Source of the DNA: Acidimicrobiia bacterium
GTDB lineage: Bacteria; Actinomycetota; Acidimicrobiia; Spongiisociales; JAENVV01
DNA length: 37,342 bases
NCBI GenBank assembly: GCA_041577335.1
Contig: JBFGJH010000028.1
Span: 1 to 37,342 of the forward strand
Direction: 5' to 3'
The first letter of the stretch is position 1; the number at the start of each line of letters is the position of its first letter. The position numbers and the translations under genes were made by a program. The notes beneath the pieces are model-generated. The model did not search any database. It was given only the letters and a program-made list of their open reading frames with translations, and was not told the origin of the DNA. This document shows, piece after piece, positions 1 to 10,097 of the stretch.

Positions 1-1
1 C

Positions 2-166
2 GTGTACTTCGCCGGGCGGGGCATCCTGACTCGATTAGCGATGCAACGGCGAGGTCTCAAGATCGGTGCACTACGGAATGTGAAGCTCGGCTACGGCTTA
101 CTCGTGGCGTGGGGCCTGATGGGATTTGGAGTCGTCATGGCGGCAGTGATGGAGCTCAACAGCTGA
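2..166 (+). CDS. C-terminal fragment of a membrane protein (5' end outside window)
   Basis: Frame open from position 2 (VYFAGRGILTRLAMQRRGLKIG...LGYGLLVAWGLMGFGVVMAAVMELNS) to TGA at 164-166; ends in a hydrophobic helix; not in the ORF track because it has no start in the window. Confidence 0.65.
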   Translation: MYFAGRGILTRLAMQRRGLKIGALRNVKLGYGLLVAWGLMGFGVVMAAVMELNS

Positions 167-196
167 ATCGACGTTCTGTGAAGGGAGTGTCTCGCT

Positions 197-655
197 ATGG
201 ATGTGACAGTCATGACATGGATCGTTGCTCTAGGTGGCCTGGTTCTCATTCTGCTTCTCGGGAGCCTCGAGGCTGTGGCGGTGGTGCGACCAACAGCTGA
301 GTGGACGATCAAGAATGTGTATGGCGGCTCTCCCGATGACACCGATCGGACCGCATATTTTGCGTTCAACCAGGGTCTGGCTTGGGCTGACGTGGCCATG
401 TTTGTGCCGCTTCAGATCGCAGGCAGTCTCGGAATGCTGTTGGGGCAACGGTGGGGGTTTCTGTTGGCGTTGGCGGCGTCGGTGCCCTTCGTCTACACCG
501 CCATCTCGATCTTCGTCTGGGATCGGGCGCTTGGATTTCGGGAAAGTACGTTCAATTATTGGGTGGTTGTGTGGGGCATGTGGCCCGCCTATGGGATTCT
601 CGAGAGCGTCTACTGCTTCGTTCGTCTCCTCGACGGTGGTGCTCCAGGTGCGTGA
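197..655 (+). CDS. hypothetical integral membrane protein (about 4 TM helices)
   Basis: 152-aa ORF with several hydrophobic segments; AAGGGAG upstream; stop overlaps the start of the next gene. Confidence 0.75.
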   Translation: MDVTVMTWIVALGGLVLILLLGSLEAVAVVRPTAEWTIKNVYGGSPDDTDRTAYFAFNQGLAWADVAMFVPLQIAGSLGMLLGQRWGFLLALAASVPFVYTAISIFVWDRALGFRESTFNYWVVVWGMWPAYGILESVYCFVRLLDGGAPGA

Positions 656-1520
656 GGGCACAGTCGAGCTACCGGATGGTCGAACGCTGGAGTATGCCGA
701 CTGGGGGTCTTGCCACGACGCCCCAGTGATCTATTGCCATGGTTCGCCTGGGAGCCGATGGGAGATCAACCTCCCACTGAAGGTGGTGGAGGCAAGTGGG
801 TTGGAAGTACGTATTCTCGCCATGAACCGGCCTGGGTTCGGACAGTCGACATTCAAGGCGGGGCGTTCGTTCAGCGACTGGCCCCACGACGTGGCCGCGG
901 CGGCCGATCAGCTCGGAATCGGCTCGTTCGGTGTCCTGGGAGCGTCCGGCGGAGGCCCCTACGCCCTGGCTTGTGGGCATGAGCTCGGCGACCGAATCAC
1001 CCGGATCGGAGTTGTCGTGGGCTCATGTCCCGCCATCGCACCAGGGATGGAGGGCTCACTGGCGCTGACGGGGCCGGCGCGGAATCGGCTGATTCGCCGG
1101 CTTCAGTACGGGATGATCGGATGGGCGGTGAGAACCGGACGCATCGACTCCGTGGTCGAGCGCGGCATCGCCGCTCTGGGATCCGTAGATCGCAAGGCTA
1201 TGGCAGATCCCGATCTCCGCCAGTGGTTCGCTGATCTCTTCGCTGAAGCGTTTGTCGATCTCGGACGTGGCGCAGCCTACGAGCAGGGCCTCTATCTCCG
1301 AGACTGGGATTTCGACATCGGTGCCGTCACGCATCCGACGTGGCTTTGGTACAGCGGCGAAGACGCAAACATCCCCGCCGAGGCAGGCCGCTGGCTCGCC
1401 GATCAGCTACCCAACGCCCATTTCGCTGTGTGGCGCAAGCACGGCCACTTCACCTGGGCCAACAGCTCCGAGGTGGTTGAGGTGGTAGCAACGGTGGCGG
1501 GCCGTGTAGACCGGATCTGA
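648..1520 (+). CDS. alpha/beta fold hydrolase
   Basis: In ORF 234..1520 the recognisable protein begins at GTG 648 (VREGTVELPDGRTLEYADWG); HGSPGSR oxyanion motif, RPGFG, GASGGG nucleophile elbow, acidic residue in GEDANIP, C-terminal HGH. Confidence 0.9.
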   Translation: MREGTVELPDGRTLEYADWGSCHDAPVIYCHGSPGSRWEINLPLKVVEASGLEVRILAMNRPGFGQSTFKAGRSFSDWPHDVAAAADQLGIGSFGVLGASGGGPYALACGHELGDRITRIGVVVGSCPAIAPGMEGSLALTGPARNRLIRRLQYGMIGWAVRTGRIDSVVERGIAALGSVDRKAMADPDLRQWFADLFAEAFVDLGRGAAYEQGLYLRDWDFDIGAVTHPTWLWYSGEDANIPAEAGRWLADQLPNAHFAVWRKHGHFTWANSSEVVEVVATVAGRVDRI

Positions 1521-1678
1521 CCCCGGGCAGCTGTCATCGTCGGAGAGTATCCGGCGAAGCTTGTCTGTCGTGCCAACCTCGACACTCGTGAGAACCGACA
1601 GCTCCGACGTCGTTGAGGTAGCAACAAGATGGCTGGTTGTCCTGACGGCTCTAGGGGCTGGCGCCCGCCGGTCATCGG

Positions 1679-2914
1679 TCAGCACGTAGGCGCGGTTGTT
1701 TGGGCGAATGTGTCCCAATCAACCGGCTGAGCCAAGGTCGGCAGGGGAGCGGCCCCCAACACCTCGATGTACTTCTGGGCGGCGCCGGTATTGAAGATGA
1801 CGACGCGCTCCGAAGGGTCGATCGCGCCTTCTGCCACGAGGAGCTCGAGCACCCCTAGGCAGGCACCAGCCTCGGGAGCAAAGGCGATGCCCTCTAGTTC
1901 GGCTCCCCGCCGTGCCCAGCTCAGCAGCGACTCCTCGGAGCAAGAGCGAGCCTGGCCGTCCGACTCACGAACGGCATCGAGGATCATGAAGTCGCCAACG
2001 GCCGACGGCACGCGCAATCCGCTGGCTGCGGTCGTGGGGTTGGCAAACGGTTCCGCAAAACGCTTGCCGCCCGCCCAAGCAGTACTGATCGGGGCGCAAC
2101 CAGCCGCCTGACACGACATCATGCGCGGTTTGCGATCGTCGGCAAGCCAACCCAACGCGTCGAGCTCGTTGAAGGCCTTCCACATGCCGATCAGGCCGGT
2201 TCCGCCCCCGGTCGGATACATGATGACGTCGGGCAACGCCCAGTCGAGCTGCTCTGCCAGCTCGAGGCCCATCGTCTTCTTGCCCTCGATGCGGTATGGC
2301 TCCTTCAACGTGGACAAATCGAACCATCCCATGTGCGCAGCCCCCTCACGGACGAGCGAGCCGCAGTCAGTGATCAGGCCGTCGACGAGGAACGCCTTGG
2401 CTCCGTAATAGGCCGCCTCATGCTGATTGACGATCGGAGTGTCGGCAGGCATGAACACATAGGCTTCCATGCCCGCTCGGGCGGCATAGGCCGCCATTGC
2501 CCCGCCGGCGTTGCCGGCAGTGGGAATCGCCACCCGCTCAACGCCCAGCTCGAGAGCCCGGCTGACCGCCATCGCCAAACCACGGCTCTTGAATGAGCCC
2601 GTGGGTAGCTGCGACTCATCCTTGACCCATAGGTCTCCGAGGCCCAAGGCGGCTCCGAGCCGGTCACATCTGACCAGCGGTGTCATGCCTTCGCCGAGCG
2701 ATACCGCCTGAGTCGGATCGTCCAATGGCAGCAGCTCCGCATAGCGCCACATCGTCGGTTGTCTCCGGACAATGTCTTCCTTGGTGATGGCTTCTGCGAC
2801 CGCGTCGAGGTCGTAGCGGACCCACAGCGGCCGACCTGCGTGGGTCGTCTGGACGACCGTGTGGTCGAGCCTGGTGCCGTCGATGGCCGACTCGAGATGG
2901 GTAGCGAAGCTCAT
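1679..2914 (-). CDS. thrC: threonine synthase (PLP-dependent, fold type II)
   Basis: MWRY..LLP, SLGEGMTPL, KDESQLPTGSFKSRG (PLP lysine), PTAGNAG, EPYRIEGKKTMG, YPTGGGTG, FNTG. Confidence 0.9.
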   Translation of the reverse strand: MSFATHLESAIDGTRLDHTVVQTTHAGRPLWVRYDLDAVAEAITKEDIVRRQPTMWRYAELLPLDDPTQAVSLGEGMTPLVRCDRLGAALGLGDLWVKDESQLPTGSFKSRGLAMAVSRALELGVERVAIPTAGNAGGAMAAYAARAGMEAYVFMPADTPIVNQHEAAYYGAKAFLVDGLITDCGSLVREGAAHMGWFDLSTLKEPYRIEGKKTMGLELAEQLDWALPDVIMYPTGGGTGLIGMWKAFNELDALGWLADDRKPRMMSCQAAGCAPISTAWAGGKRFAEPFANPTTAASGLRVPSAVGDFMILDAVRESDGQARSCSEESLLSWARRGAELEGIAFAPEAGACLGVLELLVAEGAIDPSERVVIFNTGAAQKYIEVLGAAPLPTLAQPVDWDTFAQTTAPTC

Positions 2915-3243
2915 CGAGTGACGGTATCAGGGAACCGATGGTGGCTGACGATCACGATGGACTCCGACAGAGCTCGACCGAGAATGTGGGCATGGTTCTC
3001 TCGCATACCAAATCCGATCGGCATTCCTTCGGGGTGTGCCATGTCGACTTGTTCTCCTTGCATTCTCGGGGGAGAGCCGATTCTGGCACGGTGTTCGTCG
3101 CGGCAATCTGACGCTTCAAGGCAACACAGCATCTGATGACGATCGGGAGGCATGCCCTTCGGGCACTTCAAATGTGACATCCGGCCGTTCGCCGCCCGAA
3201 ACGGCTTCCCGCATACTGAAACCTGACAAACGGAAGTTGCGTC

Positions 3244-3894
3244 GTGGAACGGCTGACGGCGACTCGTTCGGAGCTGCTGGCTCGGAAGAACCGGCTCGAT
3301 TTGGCGCGACGAGGGCGCGATCTGCTGGAGGAGAAGCGCGACCAACTCATGACGGAGTTCCGCAAAGTCGCCGATCTGGTGCTCTCAGGGGAGGGAGCGC
3401 TGGAGACGGCGGCAGGGGCCGCGCAGCGTGCCCTTGCCGAAGCCGAAGCTTTCGACGGACGCGACCGTGTGCAATCGGCCGGAACGGTCGGCGCCCTCGG
3501 TATACCACTCCAAGCGCGACAGGTTCACATCATGGGCGTGCGAATCGCAGATATCGAGTACGGGCCGGTGAGACGTTCTGTTCGCGACCGTGGCTACGAC
3601 CTCGTCGGCTCCAGTGCGCGGATCGACCGCGCGGCAGATCTGTTTGAGACCGAATTGGAACTCGTGCTGGAACTGGCGGGCCGCGAACTCCGGTTGCGCC
3701 GTCTGGTAGAGGAGATCGCCGGCACAACTCGCCGCGTGAACGCGCTCGAGAATATCGTCATCCCTCGCCTGGAGCGCGAGAACATCATGATCCAATCGGT
3801 TTTGGACGAGCGAGAACGTCAAGACCGTTTCCGCCTGAAGCGCGCCAAGAAGCAACGCCAACGGAGACACGAGAAGGACCGCGTCGATGAGTGA
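3244..3894 (+). CDS. atpD: V/A-type ATP synthase subunit D (central rotor)
   Basis: TRSELL...L.LARRG.DLLEEKRDQLM N-terminus, IMGV, TTRRVNALENIVIP, LDERERQD.FRLK. Confidence 0.95.
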   Translation: MERLTATRSELLARKNRLDLARRGRDLLEEKRDQLMTEFRKVADLVLSGEGALETAAGAAQRALAEAEAFDGRDRVQSAGTVGALGIPLQARQVHIMGVRIADIEYGPVRRSVRDRGYDLVGSSARIDRAADLFETELELVLELAGRELRLRRLVEEIAGTTRRVNALENIVIPRLERENIMIQSVLDERERQDRFRLKRAKKQRQRRHEKDRVDE

Positions 3895-4219
3895 GTCTGG
3901 TTCAACTCTCGACCGTATACGCGCTGCAGAACTCGCCGCCGCGACTGCGCTTGCCGATGCGACCGAGCGGTCGGAGGCAGCGATTGCCGAGGCACGCCAG
4001 GAGAGCGTGCGGATCGCCGAGGCGGCTCGGGCCAAAGGTAGAGAACTTGCTGATCAGCGTCTCGCCGAGGCGACCGCCGACGCGCTGGCGGAGGCGGATG
4101 AGACAAGACGAACCTCGGACGACCGGATCCGCCAGCTTCGTGGCGAGGTTGGTCCACAGCTCGAGGGTCTCGTCACAGCGATGCTCGACGTGGTGCTGCC
4201 TTCAGAGGAAACGAGGTAG
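3887..4219 (+). CDS. V/A-type ATP synthase peripheral stalk subunit G/H
   Basis: 110-aa Ala/Glu/Arg-rich coiled coil (TLDRIRAAE...AIAEARQES..IAEAAR) directly before subunit I, the usual position; 8-nt overlap with atpD. Confidence 0.8.
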   Translation: MSESGSTLDRIRAAELAAATALADATERSEAAIAEARQESVRIAEAARAKGRELADQRLAEATADALAEADETRRTSDDRIRQLRGEVGPQLEGLVTAMLDVVLPSEETR

Positions 4220-4222
4220 GCG

Positions 4223-6100
4223 ATGCTCGTTCCCATGACGAAGGTCCACCTCATCGGGCACCGGCGCAGGCTGCAACCGACCCTTGCCGCGCTCCAGGGG
4301 CTCTCGGCGATGCAACTCATCGACGTCACCAAAGACGCCTCGGTAACGTTGCCGCCGCTGTCCGCAGACGACGCTCAGCTTGGCGAGATCGAGGAACTCC
4401 GGTATCTGATCGCCCGGCTCGACGCAGCGTTTGCTCTCAGTTCCCATCCTCCCCAGCCCTCTTCGAGTGTGGTCGATCTCGGTGAGATCCGTGTCGAGAT
4501 CGATGCGGCGGCTCCCGAGCTCGAGGACCTCTCTCGTGCTACCGACGAGCTCGAGGCTGAGCTGGAGACCTTGCCACGCCACCTCCAATCGCTCAAAAGA
4601 CTGTTGCCACTGGTTCCAGAGCTGACCGAGCTGGAGTCGTACGACACAGATGCGGTGGTCCTCGATGCTCGGCATTCGTCTGTGTTGGGCGATCTGAACG
4701 CGGCGCTCGACCATCTCCTATCCGGCAACTTCGAGATCCTCGCCGGCCAAGTGGACGCAGACAGCGTTGGTGCGGTCATCGTTACGCCGAAACGGGCGAG
4801 ACGAGAGGTCCAGGAGTTGCTGGGTCGGCAACAGGTGAACCGTGTCCGGCTGCCGCCTCGATATGAGTCAGCGAGGTTTCGCGACGCAGTCACCCTCATG
4901 GAGCGGCGCCTCGTCGACCTTCCGGTGGAAATCGACACACTCCATGATCGGATCAACGCAGCAATCGAGCCTCATGAAGCATGGGCGGCCGCCCGAGTCC
5001 AGGCTAGGGAGCGGTTGGATCAATTGATCGCCATGGGCCACCTGGGTGCAACCGCTCACACGTTCGTCATTGCCGGGTGGGTGCCCGTCACCAAGTTGGA
5101 GGATGTCCGGAGGGCGATAGCGGCCATCGGTGAAGGCGAAGTGGTCCTCGAGCTTGTCCCGATCGACGATGCCGATGAGCCGCCGGTGCTCATGGAGAAT
5201 CGGCGTCCCGCCAGACCGTTCGAAGCGCTGGTGAGTCTGCTCTCAGCTCCTCGCTATGGGAGCCTCGACCCAACGACACTGATGATGATCTTCCTTCCGT
5301 TGTTCTTCGGAATGATGCTTGGCGACATCGTGTACGGTGGATTGCTGATGGTCGGGGCGCTGTATCTCCGGCATAGGTTCCGCGTTTCGTCTCCGAGCGT
5401 GTCCGAATTCGCCCGAGTCTTCGTCTTGGCCGCCGGGTGGGCGATCGTGTGGGGGATTGTCTACGGCGAGCTACTGGGGGACCTCGGACATCGCTGGTTC
5501 GGCCTCGAACCTCTCTGGATAAACCGTGAAGAGGCACTCGAGCCGTTGCTCATCTTTGCGGTAGCGGTAGGGGTTGCCCACGTCTCGCTCGGGCTCCTGT
5601 TGGGCGTATGGAGCGCGATGCGTCGCCACGATCGAAAGAGGCTGTCGAATTCCATTGGGACTTTGCTTGCCCTCGCTGGTCTTCTCTTGGTTGTGGGGGT
5701 GGCCATGGGACAAGTTCCATCGGGGTTCATGACACCGGCGGTGGCGACGGTCGTGGTCGGCCTGGTGCTCATGATCGCGTTGGAGGGACCGATGGGTCTC
5801 TTGACCGGTCCGCTCGAGCTCATGGGCACCGTCGGCAATGTCCTGTCATATCTCCGGATCGCGGCGATCGGTATCGCATCTGTGTATTTGGCGCGCGTAG
5901 CCAATGAGCTGGGAGCACTGGGGCCGGTGTGGATAGGAGTGATCGTTGCCGCGCTCTTTCATACCCTCAATCTGGCGCTGGGCACCTTCAGTCCGGCCAT
6001 CCAGGCGCTCCGGCTTCACTATGTCGAATTCTTCGGGAAATTCTACGAGGGCGGCGGCACCGCCTTCCAACCGTTCGGTTCTCTAGAGAGGAAGGGATAG
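4223..6100 (+). CDS. atpI: V/A-type ATP synthase subunit I (a)
   Basis: PMTKV N-terminus, GWVP, PPVLMEN, P.YGSLDPT, FFGMMLGD..YG, VLSYLRIAA (essential Arg), LRLHYVEFFGKFY.GGG..F.PF. Confidence 0.96.
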   Translation: MLVPMTKVHLIGHRRRLQPTLAALQGLSAMQLIDVTKDASVTLPPLSADDAQLGEIEELRYLIARLDAAFALSSHPPQPSSSVVDLGEIRVEIDAAAPELEDLSRATDELEAELETLPRHLQSLKRLLPLVPELTELESYDTDAVVLDARHSSVLGDLNAALDHLLSGNFEILAGQVDADSVGAVIVTPKRARREVQELLGRQQVNRVRLPPRYESARFRDAVTLMERRLVDLPVEIDTLHDRINAAIEPHEAWAAARVQARERLDQLIAMGHLGATAHTFVIAGWVPVTKLEDVRRAIAAIGEGEVVLELVPIDDADEPPVLMENRRPARPFEALVSLLSAPRYGSLDPTTLMMIFLPLFFGMMLGDIVYGGLLMVGALYLRHRFRVSSPSVSEFARVFVLAAGWAIVWGIVYGELLGDLGHRWFGLEPLWINREEALEPLLIFAVAVGVAHVSLGLLLGVWSAMRRHDRKRLSNSIGTLLALAGLLLVVGVAMGQVPSGFMTPAVATVVVGLVLMIALEGPMGLLTGPLELMGTVGNVLSYLRIAAIGIASVYLARVANELGALGPVWIGVIVAALFHTLNLALGTFSPAIQALRLHYVEFFGKFYEGGGTAFQPFGSLERKG

Positions 6101-6102
6101 TC

Positions 6103-6324
6103 ATGGAGATAGGACTCATCGCCATCGGCGCGGGCCTGGCCATTGGTCTGGCGGCCATCGCGACCGGGTACGCCCAGGCCAGGATAGGCTCCGCCGGAAT
6201 CGGTGCTCTCGCCGAAAAGCCCGAGCTCACGGGTCGGGTGATTCTCCTCATCGCCCTGCCGGAAACCCTGGTGATTCTCGGATTTGCGGTGGCGGCAATG
6301 ATCATCTTGCTTCTCGGCGGCTGA
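6103..6324 (+). CDS. atpK: V/A-type ATP synthase proteolipid subunit K (c), single hairpin, 73 aa
   Basis: ATG at 6103, 2 nt after the atpI stop; MEIGLIAIGAGLAIGLAAIATGYAQARIGSAGIGALAEKPE...IALPETLVILG with the conserved Glu. Confidence 0.95.
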   Translation: MEIGLIAIGAGLAIGLAAIATGYAQARIGSAGIGALAEKPELTGRVILLIALPETLVILGFAVAAMIILLLGG

Positions 6325-6911
6325 TGGGTCTCGAATCCATCCTGCGCGCGATCGAAGCGGAGTTGGCCGATGCGATCACGGCATTGGAGGCCGCAACGGA
6401 AGTGCGGGTCGCCGAGGTCATCTCGGACGCCCGAACGCGGGCCGAGGCCGAACGCGCCCATTTCTCCCTGGCTCGCAACGACGAGGCGGACCGGGTGTTC
6501 GCCAAGATCGTCAACCGCGCTCGCCTCGAATCCGAGCGCGGGATGGCACTCGCCCGCGAGGAACTGTTCCAGGAAGCTCTGGAGCGGCTGCGAGCAGAGC
6601 TGATTGCCGTCACGGCGAGCCCTCGCTACCGGCACGTCCTGCGGGCGCTGTACCTCGAGGCGAATGCCATCTTGGCGGGCGATGACGTCACCATATTGGT
6701 GCGCCCCGAAGATCGGTCTCTCATGGAGCAGCTGGTTGACGAGGGCCGAGGGAGTGTCGAGGCGAGCCTTGACTGTATCGGCGGCCTCGACATCGAGGCA
6801 CCCGACGGGAGGGCCGTTCGGAACACGATCGACAGTCGGCTGACGACTGCCACCCGCCAGCTTCGCCACCTCGCTGCTTCGCTCGTGCCCGAGCTGAGGA
6901 GGGGCGCATGA
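6324..6911 (+). CDS. atpE: V/A-type ATP synthase subunit E
   Basis: MGLESIL..I N-terminus, long charged helix, CIGGL...DG...VRNTIDSRL; TGATG overlap with atpK. Confidence 0.9.
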   Translation: MGLESILRAIEAELADAITALEAATEVRVAEVISDARTRAEAERAHFSLARNDEADRVFAKIVNRARLESERGMALAREELFQEALERLRAELIAVTASPRYRHVLRALYLEANAILAGDDVTILVRPEDRSLMEQLVDEGRGSVEASLDCIGGLDIEAPDGRAVRNTIDSRLTTATRQLRHLAASLVPELRRGA

Positions 6912-7966
6912 GCGGCTTCGAATACGGAAACACCCGCCTCCGGGTGCGTGCGTCCTGGCTCCTCGACGCGGCGGCGTTCCGCGATCTCCTGCAATCGTCG
7001 ACGATTGATGGGCTGTTGAGTCGAATGGCGACTGGGCCCTACGCACGGGAGCTGGAGGAGGCACTGGTTCGATATCGTGGGCTCCGTCGGTTGGATGAGG
7101 CAGTGCGCGCCCACCTGGGGCGGCAGTTTGCCGACGTCTTGTCTTTCTACGCCGACGACATCAGGGACCGCCTGAGGCTCTATCAACTGGGTTTGGATAT
7201 CCGAAATGTCCGCTCCCTGCTTCGTGCCCTGAGTCGGCGCACCGGCGGTGAAAGGATCCTCTCGGCGCTGGTTCCGACTTCCAATCTCGATGGCGCGGCC
7301 CTCGGTGAGCTGGCCCGGCAGAGAGATGTTCGGGCTGCGGTAGACCTTTTGAGCGTGTGGCGGCTTCCTTCGCCGCTGGTAATCCGGCATCTTCGTCGCG
7401 TCCTCGGTCGGTACACGGAGACCGGCGACGTGCTCCTGCTCGAAGATGCCCTCGATGAAGCGTATGGCGCAACGGCGCGAACCGAGGTCGACCGAGCGTC
7501 TCAGGGAGATCTTCTCGTCGAGGCCATCCAGGATGAAGTCGACCAGATCAACCTGATGGGCGTGCTCCGTGCCCGCGACTCCGCCTCCGACGGGGCGGTG
7601 GCAATGCCAGTCACGCTGGTGGATGGGGGCCGCGTGGCAGACTCGGTATGGGAAGAGGTGATCGGAACCGAGGACCGCTCCATGATCCTCGCCCGGATCG
7701 GTGGTCCCCTGCCTCGCTCCTGGGGGAGCGGGCTGTCAGCCTGGGTGGAGCATGGGAACGTTGCCAGGCTCGAGGCCGACCTCGAAGCCGCTCGGGCCCG
7801 GGCCGCCCACAACCGGATGAGGAGCGACTCCTTGGGGATCGGAGTACCCGTGGGATTCATGAGCCGCAAGGAATCTGAAGCGAAGAACCTTCGACTGGTA
7901 GGGCGGGCGGTCGTTGGCCATCTTCCTCGCGCCGACGCATTCGACCAGTTGGTGGGTCTCGGATGA
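6908..7966 (+). CDS. atpC: V/A-type ATP synthase subunit C (d)
   Basis: YGNTRLR...LL N-terminus, DIRNVRSLLR, EVDQINL, KESEAKNLRLV; ATGA overlap with atpE. Confidence 0.9.
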   Translation: MSGFEYGNTRLRVRASWLLDAAAFRDLLQSSTIDGLLSRMATGPYARELEEALVRYRGLRRLDEAVRAHLGRQFADVLSFYADDIRDRLRLYQLGLDIRNVRSLLRALSRRTGGERILSALVPTSNLDGAALGELARQRDVRAAVDLLSVWRLPSPLVIRHLRRVLGRYTETGDVLLLEDALDEAYGATARTEVDRASQGDLLVEAIQDEVDQINLMGVLRARDSASDGAVAMPVTLVDGGRVADSVWEEVIGTEDRSMILARIGGPLPRSWGSGLSAWVEHGNVARLEADLEAARARAAHNRMRSDSLGIGVPVGFMSRKESEAKNLRLVGRAVVGHLPRADAFDQLVGLG

Positions 7967-8313
7967 GGACGGCCGACGCCCAGCTCGTAGTCGTGGCTCC
8001 GGACGGCCTCATCGACGGCTTCAAACTCACTGGAGTTGCAACGGTACCTGCCGAGACAACCGAAGATGCCGAACGTGTTGTACTGCGGCTCCTTCGGGAT
8101 GGCGAGCGCGGAGTCATCGCCATCCACGGTCCGTTGTTCGCGGGTCTTGCGGATGACCTCCAGCGGAAGCTGCGGGCTTCGGTCTCCCCGGTCGTCGTGG
8201 AACTCCCCACTGGTGAGGATTCCGGAGGAGACGCGGCCCGCAAGTCGAGACTGGCACGCAGGCTCCAGCATGCGATCGGTTATCACGTGACGTTCGGGGA
8301 GGACTCAGAGTGA
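7963..8313 (+). CDS. atpF: V/A-type ATP synthase subunit F
   Basis: GFKLTGV, GVIAI, PVVVELP, AIG motifs; 116 aa; between subunits C and A with 4-nt overlaps. Confidence 0.9.
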   Translation: MRTADAQLVVVAPDGLIDGFKLTGVATVPAETTEDAERVVLRLLRDGERGVIAIHGPLFAGLADDLQRKLRASVSPVVVELPTGEDSGGDAARKSRLARRLQHAIGYHVTFGEDSE

Positions 8314-10097
8314 CCACATACCGTGCGGCCGCGTCCGGAGGAGAGCCGGTGAGGGAACCGGGGCGCGTACTTCGGGTGGCGGGCCCCGTCGTTGTGGCCA
8401 CCGGTCTCGATCGTGCCCGTCTGTACAACGTCGTGAGAGTCGGCCGCCGGCGGCTCATCGGTGAAGTCATTCGCCTGAGCGGCGACACCGCTGTCATTCA
8501 GGTGTACGAGTCGACGGGCGGGCTGCAAGCCGGCTCCGTCGTTCTCGACACGGGGAGTCCGCTCGATGTTGAGCTCGGCCCAGGGCTACTCGGCCAGGTG
8601 TTCGACGGCGTCCAACGACCGCTGCGAACACTCGCAGCAGAAGGGAACGAACCTTACGGGAGGCCGTTTCTTCGGCGGGGCATCGATGTGCCTGCTCTCG
8701 AACGCCGCATTTGGGATGTGACGGTGACCGTTGCGGTCGGCGATCGTGTTGGGACCGGTGACGTCGTTGCCACCGTGTTCGAGACGCCTGCCATCGAGCA
8801 TCGGATCCTCGTTCCTCCTGGCGAAGGAGGGACTGTCACCAAGATCGCCAATTCTCCCCTCACGACCGCCGACGCTGTCGTGTGGGTCGATGAGCGTCCC
8901 ATCTCTTTGACATCTCGGTGGGCGGTGAGGAGGCGGCGCCCGGTCGCGAAGCGCCTGGATCCGGACGCTCCGTTGATCACCGGACAACGAGTCGTGGACA
9001 TGCTCTATCCCATTGCTCGGGGAGGTAGCGCGGCTATTCCCGGTGGATTCGGAACCGGCAAGACGGTGCACGAACAAACCCTCGCCAAATGGTCGGATGC
9101 CGACGTCATCGTGTACGTCGGTTGCGGAGAGCGTGGCAACGAATTGGCCGAAGTCCTCGAAGAGTTCCCCGCCGTCACCGATCCGCGCACTGATGCCTCT
9201 CTTATGGATCGGACCATCTTGATTGCGAACACCTCGAACATGCCGGTAGCGGCCCGCGAGGCCAGCATCTATACGGCCATCACGATTGCCGAGTACTACC
9301 GCGATCAGGGATATGACGTGGCGGTGATGGCCGATTCGACAAGCCGCTGGGGCGAAGCGCTCCGCGAAGTCTCGAGTCGCCTCGAGGAAATGCCTGGAGA
9401 GGAAGGGTTTCCCGCATACCTGCCGTCGCGACTCGCCGAGTTCTACGAACGCGCCGGCGCGGTGGAGGCGCTGGGATCGCCAACCCGACAAGGATCAGTG
9501 ACGATCGTCGGAGCAGTATCGCCCCCGGGCGGTGATTTCTCTGAGCCAGTCACCCAGTACAGCCTTCGTTTGGCCGGAACCTTCTGGGCCCTCGACCCCG
9601 ACCTGGCACGACGTCGGCACTATCCCGCCATCCACTGGAATCGCAGCTACAGCCTGTACAACCTCGACGAGTGGTTCAACGAGCACGTGGCCCAAGACTG
9701 GTCCCGGCACCGAGCTTGGGCACTCGAAATGCTTGGCCGGGAGGAAGAACTCCAAAGCATCGTTCGGCTCTTGGGAGCCGAAGTGCTCGCCCCCATCGAA
9801 CGAATCACGTTCCACACCGCACGCATCCTTCGCGAGGACTACCTGCAGCAATCGGCCTATGACAATGTGGATTCGTACTGCCCGCCCCACAAGCAGTATT
9901 GGATGCTGGCCGTCATTCACCATGCCTACGACTGCATGGCGGCAGGTGCGGAATCCGAGGATGCCGATCCGGAGTCCCTCATCGGATCACCCGTTCTCGG
10001 CGACCTGGCGAGGATGAAATTCTGGCATCCCGACCGTGCCGAATCGGAAGCGCAGAAGCTCATCGAGCGGCTCACCGACGAAGTAGGTGCGCGATGA
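8310..10097 (+). CDS. atpA: V/A-type ATP synthase catalytic subunit A
   Basis: [24 protein letters not shown], Walker [59 protein letters not shown]. Confidence 0.97.
   Translation: MTTYRAAASGGEPVREPGRVLRVAGPVVVATGLDRARLYNVVRVGRRRLIGEVIRLSGDTAVIQVYESTGGLQAGSVVLDTGSPLDVELGPGLLGQVFDGVQRPLRTLAAEGNEPYGRPFLRRGIDVPALERRIWDVTVTVAVGDRVGTGDVVATVFETPAIEHRILVPPGEGGTVTKIANSPLTTADAVVWVDERPISLTSRWAVRRRRPVAKRLDPDAPLITGQRVVDMLYPIARGGSAAIPGGFGTGKTVHEQTLAKWSDADVIVYVGCGERGNELAEVLEEFPAVTDPRTDASLMDRTILIANTSNMPVAAREASIYTAITIAEYYRDQGYDVAVMADSTSRWGEALREVSSRLEEMPGEEGFPAYLPSRLAEFYERAGAVEALGSPTRQGSVTIVGAVSPPGGDFSEPVTQYSLRLAGTFWALDPDLARRRHYPAIHWNRSYSLYNLDEWFNEHVAQDWSRHRAWALEMLGREEELQSIVRLLGAEVLAPIERITFHTARILREDYLQQSAYDNVDSYCPPHKQYWMLAVIHHAYDCMAAGAESEDADPESLIGSPVLGDLARMKFWHPDRAESEAQKLIERLTDEVGAR

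Noticed and set aside
234..647. N-terminal 138 aa of the 428-aa ORF 234..1520
   Set aside because: Overlaps the membrane-protein gene in another frame and looks non-coding; hydrolase similarity begins at GTG 648.
2915..3243. Possible CRP/Rex-type operator (AAATGTGACAT) or riboswitch ahead of the ATPase operon
   Set aside because: Only a half site with no matching TCACA arm; no recognisable riboswitch core.
5929..6102. N-terminal extension making subunit K 131 aa
   Set aside because: Lies within atpI in another frame; the real start is ATG 6103.
5988..7064. 358-aa minus-strand ORF
   Set aside because: Antisense shadow of atpK/E/C, typical of high-GC DNA; no motifs.
9899..10093. N-terminal extension of subunit B
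   Set aside because: Overlaps atpA; the ATGA coupling at 10094 marks the start.
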